DNA of 64,000 bases from Octopus sinensis (Eukaryota). Under the pieces are notes generated by a model that made no database searches, was not told the origin of the DNA, and worked only from the letters and a program-made list of their open reading frames with translations. The position numbers and the translations under genes were made by a program. This document shows, piece after piece, positions 11,881-24,650 of this stretch; the stretch's first letter is position 1; each line of letters opens with the position of its first letter. The stretch covers positions 22,630,001 to 22,694,000 of the forward strand of contig NC_043017.1 of assembly GCF_006345805.1 (NCBI RefSeq), in the 5' to 3' direction.

Positions 11881-13029
11881 GAGAATTCTCTTTCTCAGAC
11901 TACAATCTGCAAAATAGAACAAATGCAACATTGTAATATTCTTTACTTCACCAATACTCAGTGCATTATGAGCCAACAGGGAGTCTTTATGTGCTGGAAA
12001 TAGCCATCAAATATCGCCCAAATGACTTTTTTTTTAATAAAGGGACACATCAAGGAACAGATCCTAGTGCACAAAAATAAAATGGTAACAGTTGGAACAC
12101 ATCTGACCCTGAGTCTGCTCAATTAGGGCTTACTTGAGACCAATAATAATAAACACATAAATATACAATATTCTTCTCAACCTGTTTCTTAATAATACCT
12201 CAGACACATTACAAGATGGTACCCTAACTAAATTAACTATTTGTGGTTCCAATTCATTCAAGATATGAAAGATGTGTTGAATTCTTCATTTTTAACATTG
12301 TTTATATAAAAGATAGTCGAAGTGTGTATATTTGAAAAGTGATAGTTTACTTTTGTGTTTGTGGTCGTTTAAAATCAAGATGAGCTTTGACTAATCAGAC
12401 CAATCATCAGAGATATTCCAGCCTTGACCACTCCATCTTTTTGTATATCAAATAATATATTTTTCAAGGTGTCCTGACTCTTTGCATGTGATAAGGTCTA
12501 ATTTTAGGGAAATTTGGTTGCTATTTCCATCCTGTCAAGTGACCACACAGAGTTTTCCTTCTTGGTATTTTGCTTATATATATATATCCAGAGCTGGATA
12601 TCCTTGTTGATTATTTTGATTATAATCAACCCCATTTTGAATTATATGGATAATTACCATACTAAATTCTGGTGCCTTTAACTTAAGTACAATATTCATC
12701 TGAATCTAAATTTTACTGTACTAATATATATAAATACATATATATATATATATTAGCTGTAGTAGCTTTTGGTTCATCATATAATTGTAGAGAATTGTTC
12801 AGATATAATTATTACGTTAACACTGTAAAAGATGTCTAATCAAAATTGAAATCAATTCTGCCATTCAGAAATTGAACAGTACAGTGATATTGTTTCCTTT
12901 AATGGTATATTTTCCAACTTTGTCCTCGTATTTCAATGCTAATGGAAGACAATGGCCTAACATTGAAACAAAGCATTGTAAGAAGCCAGCGATGTCTGAT
13001 CTTGAAATGGAAGAGCAGATAAAGTTAAA

Positions 13030-13335
13030 GAAACTTCCATGTGGTGCTGCATTTGTTAAGGTACATAACAAAGCTCTTATACATGACAGCATCAAAGGTA
13101 ATACTTATTACAAGTCTTTTTTAGTTGAGCCTTTAGTTTTAAGTGCAAGTTTCATTGAATTTACAATAGACCCATTAGTTATTTCATGTTGTTCATTGAC
13201 CTATAACAAGTATGGTGTAGTTCTTGTTCTTACAATGCCATCAACCAATTGTTTTAATTTGATGCTTTCAAGCTGTGTACCTTTATCTGAGTAAAATGAA
13301 CTTGGAGGCCTGGAACAGGCAAATACAGATTTTAG
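13030..13335 (-). pseudogene. Gypsy-type LTR retrotransposon integrase (rve) relic
   Basis: Minus strand PPSSFYSDKGTQLES..LKQLVDGIVRTRTTPY..*VNEQHEITNGSIV....KDL**VLPLMLSCIRA resembles the SDxGxQF / RTTPYHPQxNG / DW..LP motifs; in-frame stops. Confidence 0.6.
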
Positions 13336-14601
13336 ATTGCCATTGCAGTTCTCAACATTGTAAGTTCAAACCCCATCAGTGCCAAACATCCTTTTATCCT
13401 TTCAGATTTGATAACATAACTACCAGTACAAAACCATGGAATGACAAAATACTTAAAATGTCAGACGAGATGATTTGCAATATTTGGTTTAGGGGTTCTT
13501 TGCATTCTGAGTGTTTGGATGGCACACTTAATCTATCGTCCATCCTTGGGTGCCTTTAGTGAATTTCATTATTTTACAAGCATTCAGGCTCAAGTTTCCA
13601 ATTTGAGGATCACTTCTTCTATATTCCTCCTAACAGTCTTAGAGGCTTTGGAAAAGAAAAAGTATCATAACTACTGCTTTCCATTCCCTAATCAAATGGT
13701 AAAAAAAAAATAGGGGTCCTTGAGAATCCATTAACCAGCAATAATATATCTCTAGATACAATCATAGGAGTACGGCCATGATATACAGCATGTATTGTTG
13801 GCAGACTCTCATCCCTTTCTAAATTTGCTTACAGCTGGTTTCTTCCACCGAGAGAGAGAGAGAGAGTTGAAGAAGGGGAGAAGATTCAACTTCAGAACAG
13901 AATTCGTATTTTATTTTGAAACCCTAATAGAATGAAAATAATGCTGACCTTAACAATATTAGAACTCAGAGTACAAAGAACAGTAATGAATACACAAAAC
14001 AATCTATCCGACAACCCAGCCAATTCACTACCTTTTCTCTGATTCTGACAATGAACAAATGTTCTTACTCCTCGATGGGATAATTAATCATGCAACATCT
14101 TTTTTTTTAAATCATTGATATCTTTTAATGCATTACAAGATAGAGAAACAATTGCCTTGTCTTCTCTCTTCTGTTTGTAAGAGATATTGTAAGAGAAATC
14201 AACTAGCTCAAGGCACCATCATGTAAATGGTTTTTTTTTTTCCTTTTTAAGATTTACATGATGTTGAGAATAAGAATGAAAGTGAAAGTTGATCAGTGAG
14301 AATTGTGAAAGTGTGAATAGAATGTAATAGACCTCACCATTTTCAAATACATTCTATAATTGCAATAGTCTCTAGTTCAATGATTGATTGTTTTTCTCCT
14401 GTGAAGGAAATAGAAAGATCGACAGTGAAAGGCCAATGAATATCCATTCTAAGAGTGTGTGTGTGTGTCTCCTGTTAAAGTTTGCTATGTCTCTTCTTTA
14501 CATGTAATGACCACTGAAATTTTGGTAGATTCAGTACTGAAGACGTCAGCAGTTCCTTTGGAATATTAATTTAGTTGCCTTTAGATAATCATGATTAACG
14601 A

Positions 14602-14653
<52 letters not shown>

Positions 14654-14862
14654 ATCTCTGTAACATAATGTAATGAAGTGTTCCTATGATGATCTGCTGT
14701 GATTAAGCATCCAATTTTACTCAGAACATCCAACGCACACATTCCAAATAACCACAACAGTGAAACACATGGTGTACAAATGATATAAACTTGTATTTAA
14801 TAAAATAATTTCTTATTTATATACATGGTGGGAGACAGTGCTAAGCAGGGATGTGTATAAAT

Positions 14863-15203
14863 ACAAACTTGTCACCAGTTCAAATATGCTTTAGGTATAT
14901 TCAAGACCATAAAGAAAGCCATTCACTGCATTTTGTTCTGGAGAAAAATTTCTTGTTGTAGACAGACAGATGTAAATACATAAAATCAGTTCACAGTGTT
15001 CCCTGTCTCTGGTGCTGAAGAGGAGATAACCACTCCAAAATACATGCACCCAACAGTCTGGTTAGGGAGCACAATGAACTGACTTGATGTATTTACACCT
15101 ATTTGCCCACAGTAGGAAATTTTCTCCGTGACAAAAAACAGTGAATAGCTGTCTTACGGGTTCAAATATGCCTCAAACATATTTGAACTGATAACAGGTT
15201 TGT
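14863..15203. repeat. Fold-back: ~140-bp inverted arms (14863-15004 / 15064-15203) with a 59-nt apex
   Basis: Arms align by eye at roughly 75% identity, e.g. ggagaaaaatttc / gaaatttttctcc and cagttcaaatatg / catatttgaactg. Confidence 0.85.
15011..15050 (+). ncRNA. Degenerate hammerhead-like motif at the hairpin apex
   Basis: GGUG CUGAAGA GGAG-AUAACCA-CUCC AAAA UACAUG CACC. Stems I and II are perfect; G12 reads A and position 17 is G. Confidence 0.5.
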
Positions 15204-15204
15204 G

Positions 15205-15545
15205 GTGGGGGGGAGGTAATACCATTATACTGGTGACCCTGCCAATATATATGTGGCACCCTGCCAGTGCTGGTGCCACATAAAAACATCAAGTCTGCAG
15301 TGTAAAGTGGTTTAGATTTGGAAGGGCACCCAGCAATAAAAGCCATGATAATACTGCCCTTACATGTGCTGGTGCCATGTAAAAAGCACTCAGTCCACTC
15401 TGTAGAGTGATTGGTGTTAGGAGGGGCATCCAGCCATAAAATCCCTGCCAAAACAGACACAGAAGTTTGGTGCAGTCTTTCACCTGGTCAGCTCCTGTCA
15501 AACCATCCAACTCATGCCAGTATGAAAAATGGACATGAAACAATG
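15205..15545 (+). mobile_element. SINE-like family C
   Basis: ggtgttaggaggggcatccagcc core; repeated gccacataaaaa motif. Confidence 0.75.
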
Positions 15546-16427
15546 ATATTTAGGTATACATTTTGAAAAGAATGGAAAAAAAATCAATGAGATTATTAAA
15601 CTAAGTTTAATTGATATTTTTAAAATTCATTAATGCCTCACATCTCTTGAGATCTCTTCATGTTATCATTTATAATGTAACTTATATTGTAAGTGAGAAA
15701 ACTTATTTCTTTAAAGGAATATTTGTTTGTTTTCTTTCTTTATTTGTAGCACACCATATGCCAAAGATATTTAGCTATTTTATTCCTTTTGCATATTGCC
15801 GCAGATGATAATGCACATTTTTTCCTATTATTTTGTCATAAAAAATGAGCCAATATTTTGTTATATCCTACATACAGTGTTGGTACATATGACAGGAAGA
15901 TTTTGTTAATTCATCAAGTTTTCTCTGTGTTCCAAATGCTGTCATATTGTATTCTGAATAAAAGAATGGATCTCAATATAAGCTATGGAAATGGACAAGA
16001 GAGAAAATTGAATTTTGAACATTATTCAGAAGAAGATAATCAATCATTGACACAGGAAATACATGAAACTAAGTTAATTATTTTTTGTATAATCGATAAC
16101 TGACCATGGACTTGAATTTTCATAAGTCAAGTAAAGAAATAACATTAAACATTATAGGATTCTATTCTCTTGAATAGTTTTTCTTTATTTTGAGGTGAAT
16201 ACTTGGTGTTTGTTATTTTTGTGCAATTTTGCTGTTATGGGCTCAAGTTTTCTTATGTTGGCACCAAGCAATATGCTTAGAAGATTTATGTTGAGGAAAT
16301 TTAAAGAGACATACTCATAAAGGGGAAAGACTACATTCTAATTTCACAGGGAGATTTTCTGATGAAGAGTGAAGACTGCCTTATTTATTTGTATAAAAGT
16401 CACACTTGTGTGTAAATATCACCTCCC

Positions 16428-16690
16428 ATCATCGTTTAACGTCTGCTTTCCATGCTAGCATGGGTTGGACGGTTCAACTGGGGTCTGGGAAGCCAGAAGG
16501 CTGTGCCAGGCCCAGTCTGATCTGGCAATGTTTCTACGGCTGGATGTCCTTCCTAACGCCAACCACTCCATGAGTGTAGTGGGTGTTTTTTACGTGTCAC
16601 TGGCACGAGGGCAAGATGAGGCTGGCAACAGCCACAATTGGATGGTGCTTTTTATGTGCCACCAGCACGGAGGCCAGTCGGGGTGGCCTT
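16428..16690 (-). mobile_element. SINE-like family C
   Basis: catcatcgtttaacgtc tail in reverse; ctggatgtccttcctaacgccaacc core. Confidence 0.8.
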
Positions 16691-17406
16691 CAAAGTTTTA
16701 AATTTCACTTGTGTAAAAATATCTTACAGTGACTCACTAATGAAGGGATGGGGGCTTTCTTTCAATTTCATGAAGAGACAAAAAGTGGAATTTCAAAATT
16801 TTTCCAAGTCATCATTTTTTATTTATGGTAATCTAAGTATCATTTCCAATAGGAGAAAAGATATAAGATTGTTAACAACGGGTGCCTCAATGATATTTCG
16901 ATTAACATTTCTAAAAGATATGAATGCTTTTATTTAGTTGGCCTAAGATATAATAATTTGAATTATTTGTTACATTGACATTCTTAGATTGTTCATTATA
17001 CATAACTTGATTAATTACATAGAAGTGCTCTTCTGTGAAAATACTATCAGATCCTGTATAAATCAAATATTTCACAGGAATTTCATTACAAAGATTTACA
17101 AGGAATATCTTGTTACAAGATGACATAATGGTAAATGTTGAAGATGCCTGTATAGTATCATCATCCGTTGGTATGCTTTACATCTAAATCTTCAAATGAA
17201 AAAATTTGCTTACTGCAGCATTTTTTTTTTTTTTTTTTTTTTTCACATTTCTTAGATGAGCTACTATAAACTACAACTCAATTTCCCTTTTTGATGTTGA
17301 GAGCTTTGTATAACAAGCTTGTCTAAACATATGAAGACCACCACCACAGAAATAACAACAGAGCTTACTGCTGATATATGGATGCACTCACTCACAAAGA
17401 TGAATC

Positions 17407-17811
17407 ATAGGCGCAGGAGTGGCTGTGTGGTAAGTAGCTTGCTAACCAACCACATGATTCCGGGTTCAGTCCCACTGTGTGGCATCTTGGGCAAGTGTCT
17501 TCTGCTATAGCCCCGGGCCGACCAATGCCTTGTGAGTGGATTTGGTAGACGGAAACTGAAAGAAGCCTGTCGTATATATGTATATATATATGTATGTGTG
17601 TGTGTGTGTTTGTGTGTCTGTGTTTGTCCCCCTAGCATTGCTTGACAACCGATGCTGGTGTGTTTACGTCCCCGTCACTTAGCGGTTCGTCAAATGAGAC
17701 CGATAGGATAAGTACTGGGCTTACAAAGAATAAGTCCCGGGGTCGATTTGCACGACTAAAGGCGGTGCTCCAGCATGGCCGCAGTCAAATGACTGAAACA
17801 AGTAAAAGAGA
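17407..17811 (+). mobile_element. SINE family A, full length
   Basis: Near-identical to 45355-45767 and 54405-54832. Confidence 0.9.
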
Positions 17812-18242
17812 AAAAAAAAATATGAGTTTGCATTATTCATGGCTGTCTCAGATGTGATAGATAGTTACTGATGATTTCAAAACACTTTGTTGAATATTAA
17901 GATTTAACAAACCTGAAATAAAGGCATTGCATATTAATTCATCTTTACATTTTATGAAGTGATAAAGCTTGTGTTGAAATTCTTTTTGATATAGCTCTCA
18001 GTTTAGTCATAAACATATCAAATGGTTCACAGCCTTGTTACCTTTTTCGAAAGCAATCTATAACATGACACTTTCATATAATGGCAATAAAGCTTTCAAG
18101 AATTTATTGTCTGTTAATGTCTCATGTTTTTGTATCTTCCAGATGTAAAAATCAAAGAATAAATGTAATGCTTCAACTTGACTAAGTTCAGAAATCTTAA
18201 CCTTCATTAAATATCTTACCCCAGTAATTCTTCTTTATGATT

Positions 18243-18656
18243 TGTAGGAGTGGCTGTGTGGTAAGTAGCTTGTTTACCAATCACATGGTTCCGGGTTCAG
18301 TCCCACTGCGTGGCACCTTGGGCAAGTGTCTTCTACTATAGCCTCGGGCCAACCAAAGCCTTGTGAGTGGATTTGGTAGATGGAAACTAAAAGAAGCCTG
18401 TCGCATATATGAATATGTATCTATTTGTGTGTCTGTGTGTATGTGTTTGTGTGTCTGTGATTGTCCCCCTAGCATTGCTTGACAACTGATGCTGGTGTGT
18501 TACGTCCCCGTCACCTAGCGGTTCGGCAAAAGAGACCGATAGAATAAGTACTGGGCTTACAAAGAATAAGTCCCGGGGTTGATTTGCTCGACTAAAGGTG
18601 GTGCCCCAGCATGGCCGCAGTCAAATGACTGAAACAAGTAAAAGAGTAAAAGAGAG
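18243..18656 (+). mobile_element. SINE family A, full length
   Basis: Same head, body and tail as other A copies. Confidence 0.9.
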
Positions 18657-18702
18657 ATACTTTTGGAAAATTTCATCCCCATTATTATAATTGTTATGAA
18701 AT

Positions 18703-19430
18703 GTGGTGGATAGCAGAATTGTTAGATCATCAAGCTTTGCAGTATTTCTTCTAGCTCTTTATTTTCTGAGTTCAAATCCTGCCAAGTCAACTTTACCTCA
18801 TTGACCTCCAAGGTCAATAAAATAAAATACTAGTCAAGTACTGAAGTCAATATCTAAAGCCAATATCAGAAACAATTATTATTACTATTCTTAAAGTAGA
18901 AAACTGGTAGAATTATTAGTAGGCCAGGAAAAATGCCTAGCAGCATTTCCTTTGTCTTTACGTCCTGAGTTCAAATTCTGCCAAGGTCAACTTTACTTTT
19001 CATCCTTTTGAGGTTGATAAAATAAGTGCCAGTTGAGTTCTGGGATCAATACAATTGACTTACCCACTCACTGAAATTGCTGGCCTTGTGGCAAAATTTG
19101 AAATTATTATTATTATTATTATTATTATAATTATTATTATTATTATTATGTGCCAACATCAGGTCAGTATCTTGTGGCAATTTCAGAAACAATCGTCATC
19201 ACTATAATTATTACTATTATTATCATTATTACAGCAGTGCCAGATAAATTGCTTAACAGCATTTTGTTTGTCTCTATGTTCTGAGTTCAAATGCCAGTGT
19301 GGTTGACTTTGCCTTTCATCATTTTGGGGTCAATGAAATAAACACTAGTTGAGTACTGGGGTCGGTGTAATCGACTACACCCCCCCATCCCCAAAAATTT
19401 CAAGCCATATGCCTATTGTAGAAAGGATCA
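18703..19430 (+). mobile_element. Three direct copies of SINE family B (B2 tail) separated by (ATT)n
   Basis: ctgagttcaaat..gtcaacttt..ttcatc recurs three times (~18.70, 18.90 and 19.23 kb). Confidence 0.75.
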
Positions 19431-19526
19431 TTATTATTATTATTATTATTATTTTGCTGTTACATGGTACTATACTGTAACCAGCTTAATTATACTTCCT
19501 GTTGAACTGCATCCTATAGTCTAGGC

Positions 19527-19600
19527 CAGTGTTTCTCAACCTTTTTACCCTTATGTAACCCTTAAAATAATTACATCTCCCATGGAACCCCTGCACAAAA
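19527..19600. mobile_element. hAT-type MITE end fragment
   Basis: cagtgtttctcaacc preceded by gtctaggc; no partner end found. Confidence 0.5.
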
Positions 19601-19652
19601 AAAATTATATACCATGTCTTTCTCATATTTTTTCATCATAGTTCACATGGTA

Positions 19653-19692
<40 letters not shown>

Positions 19693-19696
<4 letters not shown>

Positions 19697-19853
19697 GAGT
19701 TTACAAAAAAAAACAACAAAAGACGAAGACAGGTGGTGTACAAAACAAACAGATGTATTAGTATAATGCTCAGGAATAGAAAAAGTCTTTTACATTTCGA
19801 GCATATGCTCTTCTACAGAAAGGGACACAAAAAAAACAAGGAGAGAAAAAAAA
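19693..19853 (-). mobile_element. TA-embedded short module carrying a hammerhead-like motif
   Basis: Flanked by (TA)n; high similarity to 36706-36885. Confidence 0.75.
19787..19822 (-). ncRNA. Minimal hammerhead-like motif, CUGUAGA core
   Basis: CUUU CUGUAGA A GAGC-AUAU-GCUC GAAA UGU A AAAG. Confidence 0.55.
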
Positions 19854-20139
19854 ATATATATATATATAGGGTGTCCATAAATTACAGACATCACTAAATA
19901 CATCCCCAATGGTTGTTATATATTTTTGATAACATAATAGGTTATAGAGGATGATGTCTATATTAAAACATTACAATAACCAATAACATGTGAATGTATA
20001 CTAATATTACGATCAAGAAATTAGTATTAGCTTATCTCACCCTTGTTAAGTTAGTTGTTTAGTTGTTAAGTTCAATACTCTACATTTCTCTATCTCTCTT
20101 TCTCTTGCCCTTTCCTTGATTCTGATTTCAAATGTTCAT

Positions 20140-20302
20140 TCTATGGGGTGGTTGGTGTTAGGAAGGGCATCCAGCCATAAAAACCATGCCGAAACAGACA
20201 CAGTAGCCTTGTGTTGTCTTCTACTTGGCCAGCTTCTTTCAAACCATCTAACCCATGCCAGTATCGAAGACGAACATTAAATGATGATGATGATGATGAT
20301 GT
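20140..20302 (+). mobile_element. SINE-like family C, 3' half with (GAT)n tail
   Basis: gttaggaagggcatccagcc ... attaaatgatgatgatg. Confidence 0.8.
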
Positions 20303-21831
20303 TATATCAATTACAAAACGTGTTCTTATTCTTCTCAATGACAATGTCCAGTTAGTTGTGCTTTGTTCCCCATTCACTTCGTATTACACATTTGTGTCCT
20401 TATTGTATTTGCAAATAGAAAATACCCCTGGAGAGGCAAAACATCACCTGAGGTATTCTTCTTCAGCTGTATTGTTAAATACAGACAAATGAGGATGGTA
20501 GTTTCAGAGGGTACTAATTACCTTATAAGAGGTGAGAACTTTTGGTGCTAGTGTTTTGTCGTTAATCAACCAAAACACTTTCTTGGAACTTCAATTGTTT
20601 TCAGATCTAAGGGCGTGATTTTAATTAGTTAAACTTTATTGGTTTATTACTCAAGTATGCCAGTATCCACCTCACCATTAAGTTTCATTTCAGCAGATGT
20701 TCCCAAGGAATTTTTTCATTTCTAATATTACTGTGTTTATCCACAGAAATCATTTAAAGATCTACTGTAATAGTTAGTCTATGCATTATGGAAGCAACCA
20801 AATATTACTGAAATATACACCTAGATGCCTCCATATGGTTCCATTTTTAATTAATTAAAATTTTCAGGCTTTTCCCCCATGTCCTTTTTTATCAGAATTG
20901 GTTATCTAAATGTTTAGTTCACATTACTAGGGGTATAATTTTAATAAATTAATATCCCATGGTTTGCTAGATTAAGTATGCTAGCACTCTCTTTATTTCA
21001 GTATTTTGAAGAAATTCAATAAAAAAAAAGGAAGAAAAAAAGAAAAACTGCTTTGCTGCTCTGACATCATTAAAAGGAAGAAAGAAAGGTCAAATGACCT
21101 AAGAAGCGATTGATGTCAATAAGTTAATAAACCTAATAGAAAACTAAGAGGTCATAAAACACTGGCTTGCAGAGATCATGCATGAGTCTATGAATGAAAG
21201 AGAGAGAAAAACGGAGTGAGAGAGGAAATGAGCATGGCCATGTGACACTATTGGCAATGATAAGATAAATCTGAAAAGCTATAATTCCATTAAGTTGACA
21301 GCATAGATGCCAATAATGAGAGAAGAAGGGAGGTCGGGGAGAAAGGATTTGCACAAGTAAATTGACTTATTATACCTCGTAGAAAAAGCTAACGAAACAA
21401 TGCCTAAAAGGATCAGATTAGTCAAGGATCAGGTGCAAGCGAGTGAGCAAGAGAGGCAGACTGACAGAAAGACAGACAGACAGAAACACAGAGAGAAACA
21501 GAGAGAGAGGTGGGGGGGATTGCGGCAAGCAGAGTAAGTGTGAAATGCAAATTTGTTTTGATATGCTTTCTATGGATTTATTATGTCATAAAAGATATTT
21601 TCGTGTAAACGTTATTAAAAGTGTGTTCTCGATGTGACAAATTGAAAATAATCAACATGAACGCCTCGACGTGGAGGCCTAGTGTTAAATTACCAGAAAA
21701 GTTGGCAAGAAAATGTGAAAATTTGCCATCTAAAATGATACATCTTCTTGGTAAAACGATTATCTTGTCTGTCAGCATTAAAGGATAGAGCAAGACCTGT
21801 GAACAGAAACCTCAGCTATTAAACATTTTCA

Positions 21832-21872
<41 letters not shown>

Positions 21873-21974
21873 TGTGTGTGTGTGAATGTGTGGATATTCA
21901 GGAAAACGAATATATTGTTTGATAATATGTGTATGTATGTACATATATAGAAGAGATAGATGCAGGATAACCAT

Positions 21975-22158
21975 TTGTGTGTATGTATGCATGTGTGTGC
22001 CTTTGTCCCCCACCACTGCGTGACAATAAGTATTGACGGGATTACTTCCCTGTAACTTAGCAGCTCAGCAAAAGAGACTAACAGACTATGCACTAGACTT
22101 TAAAAAATAAGTGCAGGGGGTCAATTTGCTTGACTAAAATTCTTCAAGGTGGTGTTTC
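21975..22158 (+). mobile_element. SINE family A, 3' half
   Basis: tttgtcccccacc ... cagcaaaagagact ... cttcaaggtggtg. Confidence 0.7.
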
Positions 22159-22377
22159 AGTCATTTGACTGTGGTCATGCTGGAGCATCACCTTGAAGGG
22201 TTTTAGTCAAACAAATTAACCCTAAGTTTTATTTTCTTTAAGCCTAGTACTTATTTTATCAGTTTCTTTTGCCAAATTGCTAAGTCACGGGGACGTAAAC
22301 TAACCAGCACCAGTTGTCAAGTGGCGACGGGGGACAAACACAAAGACACACACACACTATATATATACATATATACG

Positions 22378-22408
<31 letters not shown>

Positions 22409-22790
22409 TGTGTGAGATGAGCTACTTTCAGTTTCTGTTTACCAAATCTGCTCACAAGGCTTTGGTCGGTGTGAGGCTATAGTTTAAGGCGGCGAGCTGG
22501 CAGAAACGTTAGCACACCGGACAAAATGCCTAGCGGTATTTCGTCTGCTGTTACGTTCCAAGTTCAAATTCCGCCAAGGTTGACTATGCCTTTCATCCTT
22601 TTGGGGTCGATTAAATAAGTACCAATAAATCACCGGGGTCGATATAATCGACTTAATCCGTTTGTCTGTCCTTGTTTGTCCCCTCTGTGTTTAGCCCCTT
22701 GTGGGTAGTAAAGAAATAGGTATTACGTAGTGGGACTGAACCCAGAACCATGTTGTTGGGAAACAAGCTTCTTACTACACAGCCATGCAT
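22159..22790 (-). mobile_element. SINE family A interrupted by SINE B
   Basis: A body to ~22486; resumes at ~22725 (agtgggactgaaccc). Confidence 0.8.
22487..22724 (+). mobile_element. SINE family B (B1), full length
   Basis: aaggcggcgagctggcagaaacgttagc head; gagttcaaattcc B-box-like motif; tail gtgggtagtaaagaaata. Confidence 0.85.
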
Positions 22791-23689
22791 GCTCTTTCTT
22801 TTGTTTGCAAGCAAAATCTATATGTGTGTGGTTTAGTGCATGTATGATATGGTCTATACAAAATATTGAAATGCTTGATTCACGATTATGGTAATGTGTT
22901 GAGGTAACAACATGTTAAAATTCATACAATGTTTTCATGCAAGTATCCATGCTGATGGATTGAAACTAGAGAGAGAGATAGAGCTTATCGTATTAAGTGT
23001 ATATTGCTTTTCAATGTGGATTACGAAGATTTACCACAAGCATGTACACTGGTTACAAATGCAATCCACAATACACATGCACTATATTATGTATGCATTG
23101 TGTGTAATTCTACCCGCGTGTGTGTGTGTGTGTCTATGCATGGATGCACGTGCATGTGTTTGCATGCATGTGCACATGTATCTCTGCAGCAGTAGGAATA
23201 TGCAGTAAATTTAAAGAAACCCAATGAAAATAAAGAAATCAATAAATCTTTTATGCTGCCAATGAGATCAGAAGAGGAGTAAACCTGTTTCAATTGTTGC
23301 ATAAATTTTAAATGAGTTTATCATCTTGCTGTTTCTGAACCTGTTACACTGCAAACCTCGATGCATCAATGTACCACCTGACAATTACCACACATTTTAT
23401 ATTCACCATGAACTCCACTTTCTAAGAGAGCTATCACAGATGTTTATAATGTTAAGATAAAATGCAAAAATTACAACTGTAAAATGCCTTTTAAGTCTTG
23501 AGTGGCTTTTTAAAAGTTCCTGTGACATTTAAAAGCCACTCAACGTTAAACCAGAATTTCTGAGATGATCAGATGAGGCAGTTAGTTAACATGGATCTAT
23601 TTAAATTCCTTAATTTGATTTGGTTGTCAGCTAATTTCCCCTACCATAGAAATAGAGATGGTTAGTTTTGAAGTCCTGTTTCCATTGAA

Positions 23690-24650
23690 AGAGTCAAAGA
23701 CAAATCTCTCTCAGATAAGACAGAAGTCTATTGCAGGTAACTTTCTCCAAAAAGTCGATTGCCCGGGTTTTTGCAACAAGGTTAACTAAAACAATGCAGA
23801 ATTTAGAGTCCTGAAAAGCGTCACCAGTAAAATGACTGCACGTTTCCAATGTCATGGAATGATGATTTATTTGCCATAGAAGGCAAAGAAGTGAATAAGG
23901 TTCTGAGAGAATACAGGAAGCATAGCAAAAAGAAGTTACAGCATGAAGAATGCAATCCCAGTCTTCCATGTCTTACAAGTAAATATAGCTGTATTTAAGC
24001 TAAATCACAGAGACTGCTATTAGTGGTAGTAGAGAAGTAAGCCCTTATTAAAATGTCTAATTTGTCAGGCAGGCAACTAACTTATACGAAAGCTGGGGGA
24101 CAGAAGGTAAATTATATCAAGAGAGCTTAAACTATTTCAAAGCAAGAAGAAAACTGGTGTGCATCAATGCTTTTAAAAGTATTTGTATTGCATGATAACA
24201 AAAATGATTTGTTACTGATTAAAGGAGACAAATTATCAATGGTAGGAGCACCAAGAAGGATGCAATCCAACTTTTCAGCTATTGGTAATCCAGATTAGCA
24301 ACAAAATCTGATGAATAAATTAGCATGCTGTATGACCTGTAACATTCTAGCCTAATGAACTGCCCTCTCTCAAATGAGTGTGAAAGAAAATGTTAGTCAG
24401 CCCCATAACGCAGAGCAACTTTTGCTGCTAAATAATAGATTTTACCAAAGATGATAGAGCCGATGTATCCATTGGGGATTTTGGCATAGCTTCTGAAAAT
24501 GTCTTTGATTATAACACTGATAAATTTGGTGACAGAAACAATATGGCTTGTTGTTTTATAAAGTGTTTTGTAAATAGAACCTTTGAGATTCTAAGATGCA
24601 AACCATCATTAGTAGGCCCACAGCCATCTAAGAATTTAAAGATTTGGATT
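23690..24650 (-). pseudogene. Degraded non-LTR retrotransposon RT region, CRE-clade-like
   Basis: Minus-strand peptides ILLGAPTI (24241-24264), SIDAHQ, DKLDILIRAYFSTTTNSSLCDLA*IQLYLLVRHGRLGLHS (~23946-24060) resemble the LLGAPI / AH.A / FD..IR..L..I.N..L.D..W.QA.LPVR.GGLG series. Confidence 0.5.

Noticed and set aside
12872-13294. 140-aa plus-strand ORF with a GT donor-like end
   Set aside because: Better explained as the antisense of the integrase relic; no recognisable domain.
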